Sequence record: NC_019405.1
Strand: one strand, 5' to 3'
Length of the DNA: 64,000 bases
Each line of letters begins with the position of its first letter. Position 1 is the first letter of the stretch. Below the pieces are notes generated by a model. That model searched no databases. It was not told the origin of the DNA and worked only from the letters and a program-made list of their open reading frames with translations. Of this stretch, positions 53,420 to 62,694 are shown one piece after another. The translations under genes and the position numbers were made by a program.

Positions 53420-53674
53420 TTGACCACACCGAACCAAGCCCCCGTCCACACCGTCGAGAGCGGTGGTCACCTCTTCCAGGTCTATGCGGCCCCGGAGAAC
53501 CACACCCACCGCTACATCGGCTATTGCGACGGGGCGATCAGCGTCAGCGGCTCCAGCGTTGACGTCGTTCTGCGGGCCTTGGTGACCAAACATCCGGCGG
53601 TGCGGCCCAGCGGCGAGGTGATCGATTTCACCGCCTATCGCCTCAAACGCCTGGGCGAGGAATTCGCCGCCTGA
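53420..53674 (+). CDS. Hypothetical protein (84 aa)
   Basis: TTG start with AGGAG RBS. Confidence 0.6.
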   Translation: MTTPNQAPVHTVESGGHLFQVYAAPENHTHRYIGYCDGAISVSGSSVDVVLRALVTKHPAVRPSGEVIDFTAYRLKRLGEEFAA

Positions 53675-53691
53675 CGTCGTGATTTAACACT

Positions 53692-53706
53692 GTCATGAAT
53701 CTTGAC
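53692..53706 (+). promoter_or_regulatory. Repeated motif/promoter upstream of the primase-helicase
   Basis: GTCATGAATC-TTGACA, then 18 bp, then TAGATG. Confidence 0.68.
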
Positions 53707-53765
53707 ACCTGTCGGGATTGGAGGCTAGATGGCTCCCGCCTTTCACCCCCGTCCCGACAGGCTTC

Positions 53766-56700
53766 ATGTCCCACTCTTTCGATTTCCTCGCCGCGCTGTT
53801 CGCGGCGCATGAAGGCCCGATCGCCTTCGAGCACAACAACAAGACCGTCAAGACCCGCGATCCCGCGTTCGTGGAAGAGCACGACGGCGAACTCTATGTC
53901 TCTCCGACGACCCCGGACGGCCGCGTGGCCTTCGTGTTCGGCACGGACCAGGACGTCGACGCCGACGTCTGGGAGGCGTTTCGCCTCAAGCCGACCGTCG
54001 TCCTCTACAAGGAAAAGACCGGCGACATGATCGTGGCCTGGGCCTTCGAGGAGACCCAGGACATCGACGACGTGCGCCGCCTCGCCGAGGCGCTGGGCAT
54101 GGCCGATCTGGAAGAGCCGATCCCGCTGCCCGGCACCAACGGCTGGTCGCTGGTCCGCGCCGAGGAGAGCGACTACTACCTCCTCGACGAGGTCGAGCGC
54201 GTCTATGCCCCGGCCAAGAAGACCGGCTACGACGACCCGCCGAAGAACCGGCAAGAAAATCGGCAAATTTCTGACACGCAATCGGCGCAAGCTTCGGAAA
54301 AGGCTGGCAAAAAAGCCTCTTCCAAGACCGGCAAAAAGACCGGCGCCGACGCGCCGCCGTGGGACGAGGACCTCGGGACCTACGCCGACGCCGTGATCAA
54401 GCGCCCCTATGACGAGGGCGACCCGGCGCTGGCCCAGGAGATCATCGTCTCCGTCGGGGCCAACAGCAAGTCGATGAACTGGCAACCCAAGGCCATGCCG
54501 CTGGGCGCGTTCGTCGCCCAGTTCTGCCAGCACCGCGAGGGCGCCAAGGACGGCGTCTCCTTCGTGCTGGGCGACATGGTGCCGGGCCAGCGCAAGAAGA
54601 CGGCGATCAAGGCCCTCTACGCCGTGGGCCTGGACGTCGACGTGGGCATGTCCTCGGCGGCGATCGACGCGGCCCTGGCCAAGTTCGGGCGCATGGCAGT
54701 CCGCTATACGACCCATTCCCACCTGAAGGCGGTCACCGACGTCAAGAAGGACGTCCTGATCAAGTGGTGCGAGCAGGAAGCCGACGGCGCCGACTACGAG
54801 GAGGACGAGGTCCTCCAGCGCTACTTCCTGGCCAAGGAACTGATGACCCCGGACGTCGCCAAGACGGTCGAGTTCAACGGGACCGAGCACAAGGACGGCG
54901 GCATCATGGTCACCGTCAAGCACGCGCCGATCGCCAAGCACCGGATCATCGTCCCCCTGGCGGCGGCCTTCGACATCTCCAAGGTCGCGCCGACCCAGAA
55001 AGAGGCGATGGACAAGTGGGCCAAGGTCCCGACCGCGCTCGCCCGCGAACTGGGGGTGCCGCTGGACAAGTCGTGCCTGGACCCCTCGCGCCTGTTCTAT
55101 CTGCCGCGCCACGCCAAGGGCAAGCCGTTCGAGATCAGCCTGTTCGGCGGCGACCTGTTCGACTGGAAAAGCCTGACCCTCGACGATCCGTTCGAGGCCG
55201 AGATCGCCAAGCTGACCAAGGGGACCAGCAAGTCCAAGACCGAGGCCGGTCGCAACCTGGGCCGCTGGTCGATGAAGGCCGCCCACGGCTTCCAGGTCGT
55301 CCAGGTCATGGAGGAGCACTGCCCCGACAAGCTGCGCCACCAAGTCTCGGCCGGCTACGAGATCGAGTGCCCGTTCGACGAGCTTCACTCCAACGCTGGC
55401 GACACCGAGGATCGCGCCTGTCTGGCGGTCAACGCCGGCGATGGTCCGAGCGAGTGGTTCACCGTCCGTTGCCAGCACGAGTCCTGCCGCGAGTTCACCA
55501 ATCTCGACATGCTCGGCAAGATGGTCGAGGACGGCTGGTTCGACCGCGACGTGCTCGACGACGAGACCTACAACATCGTCGAGGCCGAGAACGCCCCCAA
55601 CCCGCAGGCGGCCAAGAAGATCGAGAAGGAGGACAAGGCCAAGGAAGCCTATATGCAGGCGATCTTTGACCTCCCCGAATCCGACTTCACCGACGACGAC
55701 GTCGAGAAGGTCCTGCGCGTCTGCTGCGAGGCCAACCTGGGGACCCTGGCCGAGAACAAGGCCAAGGAAGCCCTCAAGGCGCGCCTGGGCGTCACCGGCA
55801 CGGTGATCAACAAGATGTTCAAGGACATGAAGGCCACGGTCGCGCGCGAGCAGAACGCCGAGGGCGCGGTCAAGGACCCGCTGGGCCGCAGCATCTTCGC
55901 CTATGCGGGCGAGTTCAACTTCGACGAGGCCTTCGCCTGCTGCTTCCGCGCGCTGGTCAACACCAACCGCGAGAAGGACCAGCCGATCTTCTCCTGCTTG
56001 CAGGACAAGCCCGTGCGCATGGCTCCCGAGCCGGATGGTCGTCTGAAGTTCACCGAGATCGGCACGGCCGCCTCCATGGGGGCCGAACTGAACGAGCTTG
56101 TCACCTTCGTGCGCAAGAACGAGCAGGGCCAGGGCGCGCGCGGAAGGGTTCCCGACGACGTGGCGCGCCACGTGTTCGAGAAGGCCTACACCCGCCTGCC
56201 GCGCACGCCCGAGATCATGTACACCCCGATCTATACGGCCGAGGGTGACCTGATCCGCAAGCCCGGCTGGTATCAGAACCTCGACATCCTGATGGCCGAC
56301 ATCGGCTTCGACGTTCCGAAGGTGTTCAGCGATCCGACGCCCGAGGAGGTCGAGGACGCCGTGAAGCTCCTGACCGACGAGGTCCTGATCGACTTCCCGT
56401 TCCTGGACTATGACACCGCCGGCAACGAGCGGCGCGAGCCGTCCATGGCCAACGCCCTGGCGATGCTGATCACCCCGTTCATGCGCCGCATGATCGATAG
56501 TTGCACGCCGGTGTTCTTCGTCTCCAAGCCGACGCCGGGCACGGGCGGGACCTTCCTGGGGATGGTGCCGATCATCCTGTTCGACGGCGAGGAGCCGGCC
56601 CCGATTCGCTACACCCAGAACGAAGAGGAAATGCAGAAGGCGCTTTTGGCTTCTCTCATGAATTCAAAGGCTTACCTCTTCTTCGATGACGTCAAGGAGT

Positions 56701-57422
56701 TCAACAACCGGGTGTTGCTGATGGCGATCACCTCGCGTTATATTGGTGGTCGCGTCCTCGGCTCCTCGAAGAACATCGAGATGCCGAACAACTCGATCTG
56801 GATCGCCACGGGCAACAACCCGCTGATCTCCTCGGAAATGGCCCGGCGGGTGGTCGACATCCGCCTCAACGCCAAGACCTCGGACATCCAGAAGCGCACC
56901 TACAAGCACCCCGACTACGTCCAGTGGCTCAAGGCCAATCGCGGCGAGATCGTCCACGCGATCCTCACCCTGATCGCCCATTGGATCAACTGCGGCATGC
57001 CGAAGTTCACGGCCCGCAAGCGCGCGTCGTTCGAGGACTGGTCCGAGAAGGTGGGCGGCGTGCTGATGTGCGCCAACATCGAGGGCTTCCTGGACAACCG
57101 CCGCTCGGTCGCCGCCGACATGGATGAGGCCGCGATCAAGCAACTGGTCCGCGATTGGCTGCTCAAGTGGGGCGAGAAGACCCAGGTCAAGATCGCCGAC
57201 CTGTGGAGCTACGCCTACGACATGGAACTCGACATCGTTTCGGGGGCCAACGACGACCAGAAGAAGGCCCGCTTCATGCGCATCCTTCCAACCCTGGACG
57301 GCCGGACGTTCAAGATGCCGCGCGGCGACTGCATGGTCCGCGCCGGCTCCGACGCCGACGGCAATGTCACCTATCATCTGGAGCGCCTGAGCGCGACGGA
57401 GGAGGTCCTGGAGACTGCCTGA
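53766..57422 (+). CDS. Multidomain primase/polymerase-helicase (AEP/RepB-like N-terminus, Zn-binding region, P-loop helicase C-terminus)
   Basis: LDVDVG...YTTHSH...HRIIVPL...DPSRLFYLP primpol-like motifs; CPF..H...C...C.HESC Zn motif; KPTPGTGGT Walker A, FFDDV, ATGNN and ARRVV. Start set at ATG 53766. Confidence 0.8.
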   Translation: MSHSFDFLAALFAAHEGPIAFEHNNKTVKTRDPAFVEEHDGELYVSPTTPDGRVAFVFGTDQDVDADVWEAFRLKPTVVLYKEKTGDMIVAWAFEETQDIDDVRRLAEALGMADLEEPIPLPGTNGWSLVRAEESDYYLLDEVERVYAPAKKTGYDDPPKNRQENRQISDTQSAQASEKAGKKASSKTGKKTGADAPPWDEDLGTYADAVIKRPYDEGDPALAQEIIVSVGANSKSMNWQPKAMPLGAFVAQFCQHREGAKDGVSFVLGDMVPGQRKKTAIKALYAVGLDVDVGMSSAAIDAALAKFGRMAVRYTTHSHLKAVTDVKKDVLIKWCEQEADGADYEEDEVLQRYFLAKELMTPDVAKTVEFNGTEHKDGGIMVTVKHAPIAKHRIIVPLAAAFDISKVAPTQKEAMDKWAKVPTALARELGVPLDKSCLDPSRLFYLPRHAKGKPFEISLFGGDLFDWKSLTLDDPFEAEIAKLTKGTSKSKTEAGRNLGRWSMKAAHGFQVVQVMEEHCPDKLRHQVSAGYEIECPFDELHSNAGDTEDRACLAVNAGDGPSEWFTVRCQHESCREFTNLDMLGKMVEDGWFDRDVLDDETYNIVEAENAPNPQAAKKIEKEDKAKEAYMQAIFDLPESDFTDDDVEKVLRVCCEANLGTLAENKAKEALKARLGVTGTVINKMFKDMKATVAREQNAEGAVKDPLGRSIFAYAGEFNFDEAFACCFRALVNTNREKDQPIFSCLQDKPVRMAPEPDGRLKFTEIGTAASMGAELNELVTFVRKNEQGQGARGRVPDDVARHVFEKAYTRLPRTPEIMYTPIYTAEGDLIRKPGWYQNLDILMADIGFDVPKVFSDPTPEEVEDAVKLLTDEVLIDFPFLDYDTAGNERREPSMANALAMLITPFMRRMIDSCTPVFFVSKPTPGTGGTFLGMVPIILFDGEEPAPIRYTQNEEEMQKALLASLMNSKAYLFFDDVKEFNNRVLLMAITSRYIGGRVLGSSKNIEMPNNSIWIATGNNPLISSEMARRVVDIRLNAKTSDIQKRTYKHPDYVQWLKANRGEIVHAILTLIAHWINCGMPKFTARKRASFEDWSEKVGGVLMCANIEGFLDNRRSVAADMDEAAIKQLVRDWLLKWGEKTQVKIADLWSYAYDMELDIVSGANDDQKKARFMRILPTLDGRTFKMPRGDCMVRAGSDADGNVTYHLERLSATEEVLETA

Positions 57423-57449
57423 CGGGGGTGAGTGCTCCAGGCCCACGAG

Positions 57450-57480
57450 AAAGGCCCCAGGATCGCTCCTGGGGCCTTTT
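57450..57480. terminator. Bidirectional intrinsic terminator
   Basis: AAAGGCCCCAGGA-TCGC-TCCTGGGGCCTTTT. Confidence 0.85.
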
Positions 57481-57500
57481 GAGTGTCTGAGGCTGGCCGA

Positions 57501-57845
57501 CTAGAGCCAGATGATCTGAGGGGCCTTGCCGCGCTTCCTGACGATCTGCACGAGGCCTTCGGCGACGAGCTTGCCGTACAACCGGTCGAGCGAGGCGGTC
57601 TTGGTCCGGCCTTTGTCCCCGGCTTGCTGGCGCCGCCGCGCCTTGCGGTTCATCGCCTCCCGTCCGTAGGTCATCTCGATCCCGGTCTGGAGGTCCTGGC
57701 GCGTCAGCTTGCCGCTGGCGAGGGCTTGATCGAGCACCTCCACGGCCTCGGGCGGGTACTTCTCCCGCGCGGCCTTCAGATAGGCCGCCTTCTCCTCGGG
57801 GGACAGGGTTTCGACGGGGTCTTGTTCGGGGGTCGGCGCGGTCAT
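57501..57845 (-). CDS. Hypothetical protein, possible C-terminal winged helix (114 aa)
   Basis: GGAG RBS; LDRLYGKLVAEGLVQIVRKRG pattern. Confidence 0.6.
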   Translation of the reverse strand: MTAPTPEQDPVETLSPEEKAAYLKAAREKYPPEAVEVLDQALASGKLTRQDLQTGIEMTYGREAMNRKARRRQQAGDKGRTKTASLDRLYGKLVAEGLVQIVRKRGKAPQIIWL

Positions 57846-57960
57846 GAAAATCTCCAGGCGCGGGAATGTCACCCCTGATGACACACCCAGCACGAGACGT
57901 AAAGTGTTGACAGACGACACTCGCAGCCGGTATTGAACCTCCTGTACGGTAAGGGAAAAC

Positions 57961-58560
57961 ATGATCGACGACGAGTCAGACTGGCAGGAAGGCGAGCTTT
58001 CGCCGCCCCGCGCCCCGATCACCACCAAGGACCTGACGGCCGCCGCCCAGAGCGTCGCCGGCGGGCGCATGGCGGCGATGCGGGCGGCTGGAGAATCCCA
58101 TCGACGCGATTTCCTGATCCTGCGTGGACCGCTGGGCGTTGTCCGGCTCTCGTTCGCGCATGTTCCGGTCCTCCAGGCGCTTTGGCGTGTCTGGGCTCGC
58201 AAGCGGCTCCAGCGGATCGATGATCCCGGCGCCAATCTTGCAGAGATCGGAGCCGAGATGGGTTTGGAGGTCAGCGCGGTCCGCCCGGTGATCACCAGCC
58301 TGCACAAGAACCGACTGATCCGCACGCGCCGCAGCCACCACGGCTGGCAGGGCGTGCGGGCGACCTACTACCCGTCGGAGATCGCCGTCCAGGCCCTGGG
58401 CTTGGCGGAGGTCCTCGGCCCTGGTCACGCCGTCCAGGTGGGGCGTAACGCCTCGGCCTGGGCGAGCCGCAGCCAGACCGAGCCCGGCAACCTGTTCCAA
58501 CACGCCGCGCTGTTGCGGGGCGGGGCTCATGCCAGGGCCTACGATTCGGAGTATTCATGA
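57961..58560 (+). CDS. Winged-helix DNA-binding protein
   Basis: LAEIGAEMGLEVSAVRPVITSLHKNRLIRTRR wHTH pattern. Confidence 0.65.
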   Translation: MIDDESDWQEGELSPPRAPITTKDLTAAAQSVAGGRMAAMRAAGESHRRDFLILRGPLGVVRLSFAHVPVLQALWRVWARKRLQRIDDPGANLAEIGAEMGLEVSAVRPVITSLHKNRLIRTRRSHHGWQGVRATYYPSEIAVQALGLAEVLGPGHAVQVGRNASAWASRSQTEPGNLFQHAALLRGGAHARAYDSEYS

Positions 58561-58561
58561 A

Positions 58562-58978
58562 ATGCCGCAAACCGCGAAAGACCTCAAAGCCGCCGACGTC
58601 CAGCCCGCCGGGGCTAAGGGAAGCGCGCAGCCTGGAGGTGCTGAAGGGGCGACCTCCACGGGTGCGGTCCTTCTGAGCAAGGAGGCCATCGGCCAGATCG
58701 GGGAAGCCCTCGGCGGCCGGACCCATTGGCAGGCCTCGATCGCGCGTCGGGTCGGCGTCTCCAAGTCGCAGATCACCCGCTATCTCAATGGCGATCGCAC
58801 GCCCAACACCGCCCTGGGCGACATCTTCATGGACCTGATCGTCGGGAACATCGAGGAACTGTCCGACCTCCTGAGCACGCCCGGCCTGCCCGAGGCCGAG
58901 GGCGCGGTGGTCGCCGAAGCCCAGCGCCACATCCAACAAGCCGTGCAGTTGCTGCGCGACAAAATCCTGTATTCCTGA
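58562..58978 (+). CDS. XRE-like HTH protein
   Basis: QASIARRVGVSKSQITRYLNGDRTP. Confidence 0.75.
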   Translation: MPQTAKDLKAADVQPAGAKGSAQPGGAEGATSTGAVLLSKEAIGQIGEALGGRTHWQASIARRVGVSKSQITRYLNGDRTPNTALGDIFMDLIVGNIEELSDLLSTPGLPEAEGAVVAEAQRHIQQAVQLLRDKILYS

Positions 58979-58986
58979 GGTCCCGC

Positions 58987-59457
58987 ATGTCCCTGATCGA
59001 AAAGCTCAACAACGACGCCCTGGCCGCCCGCAAGGCGGCGATGCGCAAGGAAGCCGGCGGCGAGCACGCCGTTCTCCTGGCGACGGTCGCGGCGGACGCC
59101 GCCATGATCGCCAAGAACGACCGCCAGAACCCCGGCCGCGACGTCACGGACGAGGACGTCGTCGCCACGCTGAAGAAGCACATCGGCGGCATCGACACCA
59201 CCCTGGCGGAACTGACCAAGCGCGGCCGGTCGGAGGAGGAGCAGTCGCGCTTCATCGTCGAGCGCCGGCGCCTGGAGGCCTATCTGCCCCAGACCCTGTC
59301 GGGCGGCGATCTGACCGACGCCATCCACGCCACGGCCGCCAAGCTCGGCGTCGACCTGCATGTCAAGAGCACCAAGGCGATCGTCGCCGATCTGCAAGAG
59401 CAGTTCCCTGGCCAGATTGATTCTTCGGAAGTCGCGCGCTATCTTAAGAACGTCTGA
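58987..59457 (+). CDS. GatB/YqeY-domain protein
   Basis: LIEKL..D...A.K......DEDVVATLKK......E...LEAYLPQTLS..DL..AI pattern. Confidence 0.75.
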   Translation: MSLIEKLNNDALAARKAAMRKEAGGEHAVLLATVAADAAMIAKNDRQNPGRDVTDEDVVATLKKHIGGIDTTLAELTKRGRSEEEQSRFIVERRRLEAYLPQTLSGGDLTDAIHATAAKLGVDLHVKSTKAIVADLQEQFPGQIDSSEVARYLKNV

Positions 59458-59484
59458 TCCCAGACGAAATCCCAGTCAGAACTT

Positions 59485-59515
59485 AAAAGGCCCCGGAGCG
59501 ATCCGGGGCCTTCTT
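59485..59515. terminator. Intrinsic terminator between converging units
   Basis: AAAAGGCCCCGGA-GCGA-TCCGGGGCCTTCTT. Confidence 0.8.
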
Positions 59516-59535
59516 CTATGCGGGGATCGGAAGCC

Positions 59536-60597
59536 TTACGCCGCTTCCGTCTCGGGACCGTCCTCGATCCAGGCCGCGTAGAGGTCTTCCAGAACCTTGA
59601 CGCGCGCCGGGTCCATGTCGGACGGATCGCGGATGCCTTCGAAGACCCCGTGGCGCGGCAGGTCGTAGTCGCCGGCCAGGGCGTAGCTCATCTTGATGAA
59701 CTGCCCCAGCGGCGGGTTCTCGTAGAACTCCGCCTTCTGCTTGGCGTTGAGCCCCGAGGCGATCCTGGCGACCTTGCCGGGCCATTCAGGGAAGATGACC
59801 AGCAGGCCGCCGGCGATGCCCTTGCCGACCTTGCCGGCCTTGTGGGTCGAGCGTTTGGTGTAGCCGCGCTCGTCGAGCGTGGCCTCGTTAGTGTTGGCCT
59901 TCTCCTCGTAGCGCCCGATGCAGACGCCCTCCAGATCGGCCTTGTCCTTGGCCTTGACGTTGAACCCCTCCAGGACGGTCGAGCGGCCGGGCTTGTAGGG
60001 GCCGTCGATCGCGCAGAAGATCAGCCCCTCGTCGTCGTTTTCGAGGGCCTCATAGAACATCGCCACCGCCTGTTCGGCGGTTTCGAGCAGGCGCTGCTCC
60101 AGGACGATGACCCAGGGCGGCAGGTCCCCTTCCAGCGCCTTGAGGGCGGCGAGACGCTCGGCCTTGCCGCCCGGCGCCAGGAAGTGCTCGAAGACGTAGT
60201 AGCGGATGTCCGGCTCGCCCTCCTGGGTCATGACCGCCGAGGTCGAGCCCCGGAAGTTCAGCTTGCCGTCGGTCAGGATGCCGATTTCGCCATCCAGGCC
60301 GTGCGGCAGGGTCGACAGGAGCCGGCGCACGTGGTGATTGGGGATGTACTTGAGCGAGCGAGTGATCCCGTGTCCGATCTCATCGACCTCGGTCGTCACC
60401 CAGCCCTGCTCCGTATGGATCAGCGCCGCCTCGATCTTGTCGGGATGCACCGGAGAGACGCTGGCCCGCACCCCGTCTTTCTTGAACGAGGCATAGCACG
60501 GGAATTTGATCCGCGCGGCGAACTCGCTCGGCTTGACCGAGTCGGTGTCGGCCAGGGCGATACGGAATCGCTTGTAGGGCTTGAACGGCTTGCTCAT
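59536..60597 (-). CDS. ATP-dependent DNA ligase
   Basis: KKDGVR (KxDG), LDGEI, YYVFE, EGLIF and VKAK motifs; C-terminal OB fold ending PRHGVFEGIRD. Confidence 0.92.
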   Translation of the reverse strand: MSKPFKPYKRFRIALADTDSVKPSEFAARIKFPCYASFKKDGVRASVSPVHPDKIEAALIHTEQGWVTTEVDEIGHGITRSLKYIPNHHVRRLLSTLPHGLDGEIGILTDGKLNFRGSTSAVMTQEGEPDIRYYVFEHFLAPGGKAERLAALKALEGDLPPWVIVLEQRLLETAEQAVAMFYEALENDDEGLIFCAIDGPYKPGRSTVLEGFNVKAKDKADLEGVCIGRYEEKANTNEATLDERGYTKRSTHKAGKVGKGIAGGLLVIFPEWPGKVARIASGLNAKQKAEFYENPPLGQFIKMSYALAGDYDLPRHGVFEGIRDPSDMDPARVKVLEDLYAAWIEDGPETEAA

Positions 60598-61046
60598 CTC
60601 AACTTTCCCTCGATAAGTTTGAGGCCGGGCTGATCCCGGTTCATTTGGTAGACGGCGTAGCGATCGCCATTGAACTCGACGCTGTAGACGGTCATGCCGG
60701 CGTTGAGGCACTGCATCCACATGTTCCGCGTGCCCGGTCCGCCAGGAAAGGCCACGCAGACATCGGCCCCGCTCTCCTTGCGCATCCGGGTGTTGCGGTT
60801 CTTCGGCGCGTCGTCGCCTTCGCCGTCCAGGGCCGGATCGACGGGATAGACCTCGATGCCAAAGCCCCATTTCTCGGCCCAGGCACGGCAGAGCCGGTCA
60901 TAGCCCTCGGCGTCGCCGTCGACCCAGACCATGTCGCGCGGCCAGCGAAGCATCGAGACCAGAGCCGACAGGACCAGACGCGGGGCCTGCTCGACGACCC
61001 CGACCCGGCCGCCGCAGACCACCGCCTTGAACGGATCAGGCTTCAT
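60594..61046 (-). CDS. SLOG-superfamily protein (YspA/DUF2493-like)
   Basis: AVVCGGR, DGDAEGYD and AFPGGPGTRNM motifs. Confidence 0.8.
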   Translation of the reverse strand: MKPDPFKAVVCGGRVGVVEQAPRLVLSALVSMLRWPRDMVWVDGDAEGYDRLCRAWAEKWGFGIEVYPVDPALDGEGDDAPKNRNTRMRKESGADVCVAFPGGPGTRNMWMQCLNAGMTVYSVEFNGDRYAVYQMNRDQPGLKLIEGKLR

Positions 61047-62694
61047 CGCCGAAAATCTCCGGATCGAGCACGTCTTCCTCCATGTCGGTGAACCCCGCCG
61101 CCGAGGTCTGGCGCTCGTGCAGGTTCACCTTCTCCAGCATGATCTCGTCATGGACCCGCGACTGGGTGATGTAGTCGTAATCGACCCGCCGCGCGCCCAG
61201 CACGTTGGGGCGCAGCAAATCCGAATAGCGATGGCGCCCATGCACGCGCCGGGCCTCCTCCAGGAATTCTCGATAGGCTTCGCGGGTGGACGCCGCATGA
61301 GCGCCGGCGGCGTTCAGCGCCTCGACCAGGGGCTTGAACGAGGTCGCCCCGTCGCTCAGGTGGGTGATGTCGTCGAAGAATGGCTCCAGGCTTCCCGCGC
61401 CTTGCGGCCTGATCCCCAGCCATTCCGCCAGCCGCTCCGGCTTGACGTCATAGCACGAGCCGTCGATCGCCCAGGCGCCTTCCTGGGCGTCCCAGGTCCA
61501 GGCGGCGTTGTTGATCGTCGCCAAGACCCCGAAAGCGTCGCAGCGGTTGCGGCCGTCGCGCAGGACGCCGTAGCCGAACTTGGCCTTGCCGAGCATCGCG
61601 GTCCATTCGAGCAGCACCGTCGGTTCGATGTTCAACGCCGACAGATGCTGGGCCAACCGCCGCGTGCTTTCCGACGCCGGGTTGCGGTTGCTCATGACCT
61701 CATATTCGAAGGCCGACCAATCGTCATAGTCCGCGAATCGGTAGTGCTCGGGATAGTCCTCGAACGCGAGATTGGGATCGCCGACGTAATCGAAGGGGTT
61801 GGCGTTCGGACCCCTGTAATGGTAGTCGCGCCCGCCGCCGCCGCCCCGGATCAGCGAGAGGTTGTTGTTGAGCCGCAGGGCGTAGCCGAGTTCGACAAGG
61901 CGGTCCCGGCGATCGTTTGCCCGCCCCAGGGTCTGCTTGTCTGGCACCCAGTAGCCCGTCCACTCGCCCTTCGGACCCCAGATGAAAAGCTGCGCGATCT
62001 CAGGCCGCACATAGCGCAGGCGCGGCTCGGAGTCGGGCAGATAATGAGCCACTTCAGCGCACCTATGCGCCATCTCGTGGACATGGCGCTCGTAGCGGCG
62101 CAGGGCGTCGTTGTAGCGCCCGCCGGAATAGGGCTCGATCATGTTGATGGTCTTCTCGTAATACTGGCCGGACAGCCAATCCATGGCGTACTTCTGATAG
62201 GGGTAGGGCGCGAAGGCCTTGGCCATGTTCTGGGTGATGACGGCCTCGGACTTGTGCATCTGGGCGACGATCTGCTGGAGCCGCGACTTGCCGGCTTTCC
62301 GAGGCGCGACGAGCAGATCGCCCAGGCCCAGAGTCGTGTCCTCGATGATCTTGAGGTCCTTCCAAGTCGTCGCACTCACGCCCCCGGACGGCGAGGCAGG
62401 GTCGACCGCCAGGATCATCTTGCCGATCTTGCCGTCGAGCGCCGCCACGGTCTGCGCCATCTTCGAGAGCGGCAGGCTGTTGTCGAGAGGAAACACTGCA
62501 TCGAGCGTGTCCGTCGGAAACAGCGGCTTGGCGTAGGCGTCCCGCAGCTTCGTAAGCGCTTCCAGGGCCTTGCCGGTCGGGGCGATCATCTGGGCGATCG
62601 CCGTTTCAGGCGGGCGCGCGGTCTTGCCTCCCAGGCCCAGATTGCTCAGAAAGTCCGGCTCAGGCGGAGCGGAGGCGGACGACAGGCTGATCAC
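61036..62694 (-). CDS. Large hypothetical protein (~550 aa)
   Basis: Long open frame with phage-like codon usage; start uncertain (GTG 62694 or ATG 62589), because the ORF-track start overlaps the DUF1643 gene. Confidence 0.65.
   Translation of the reverse strand: MISLSSASAPPEPDFLSNLGLGGKTARPPETAIAQMIAPTGKALEALTKLRDAYAKPLFPTDTLDAVFPLDNSLPLSKMAQTVAALDGKIGKMILAVDPASPSGGVSATTWKDLKIIEDTTLGLGDLLVAPRKAGKSRLQQIVAQMHKSEAVITQNMAKAFAPYPYQKYAMDWLSGQYYEKTINMIEPYSGGRYNDALRRYERHVHEMAHRCAEVAHYLPDSEPRLRYVRPEIAQLFIWGPKGEWTGYWVPDKQTLGRANDRRDRLVELGYALRLNNNLSLIRGGGGGRDYHYRGPNANPFDYVGDPNLAFEDYPEHYRFADYDDWSAFEYEVMSNRNPASESTRRLAQHLSALNIEPTVLLEWTAMLGKAKFGYGVLRDGRNRCDAFGVLATINNAAWTWDAQEGAWAIDGSCYDVKPERLAEWLGIRPQGAGSLEPFFDDITHLSDGATSFKPLVEALNAAGAHAASTREAYREFLEEARRVHGRHRYSDLLRPNVLGARRVDYDYITQSRVHDEIMLEKVNLHERQTSAAGFTDMEEDVLDPEIFGDEA

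Noticed and set aside
24905-53700. TTAAC half-sites near several promoters as full CtrA boxes
   Set aside because: I saw only half-sites (e.g. 24915, 31982, 36002, 39243, 45259, 53684), no complete TTAA-N7-TTAA, and some sit at the -10 position. The search was by eye, so a PWM scan could overturn this.
53718-53765. ORF-track TTG start of the primase-helicase, and likewise the extended starts at 24946, 38606, 51365, 60870 and 62814
   Set aside because: These extensions overlap promoter elements or neighbouring genes; downstream ATG/GTG starts fit better.
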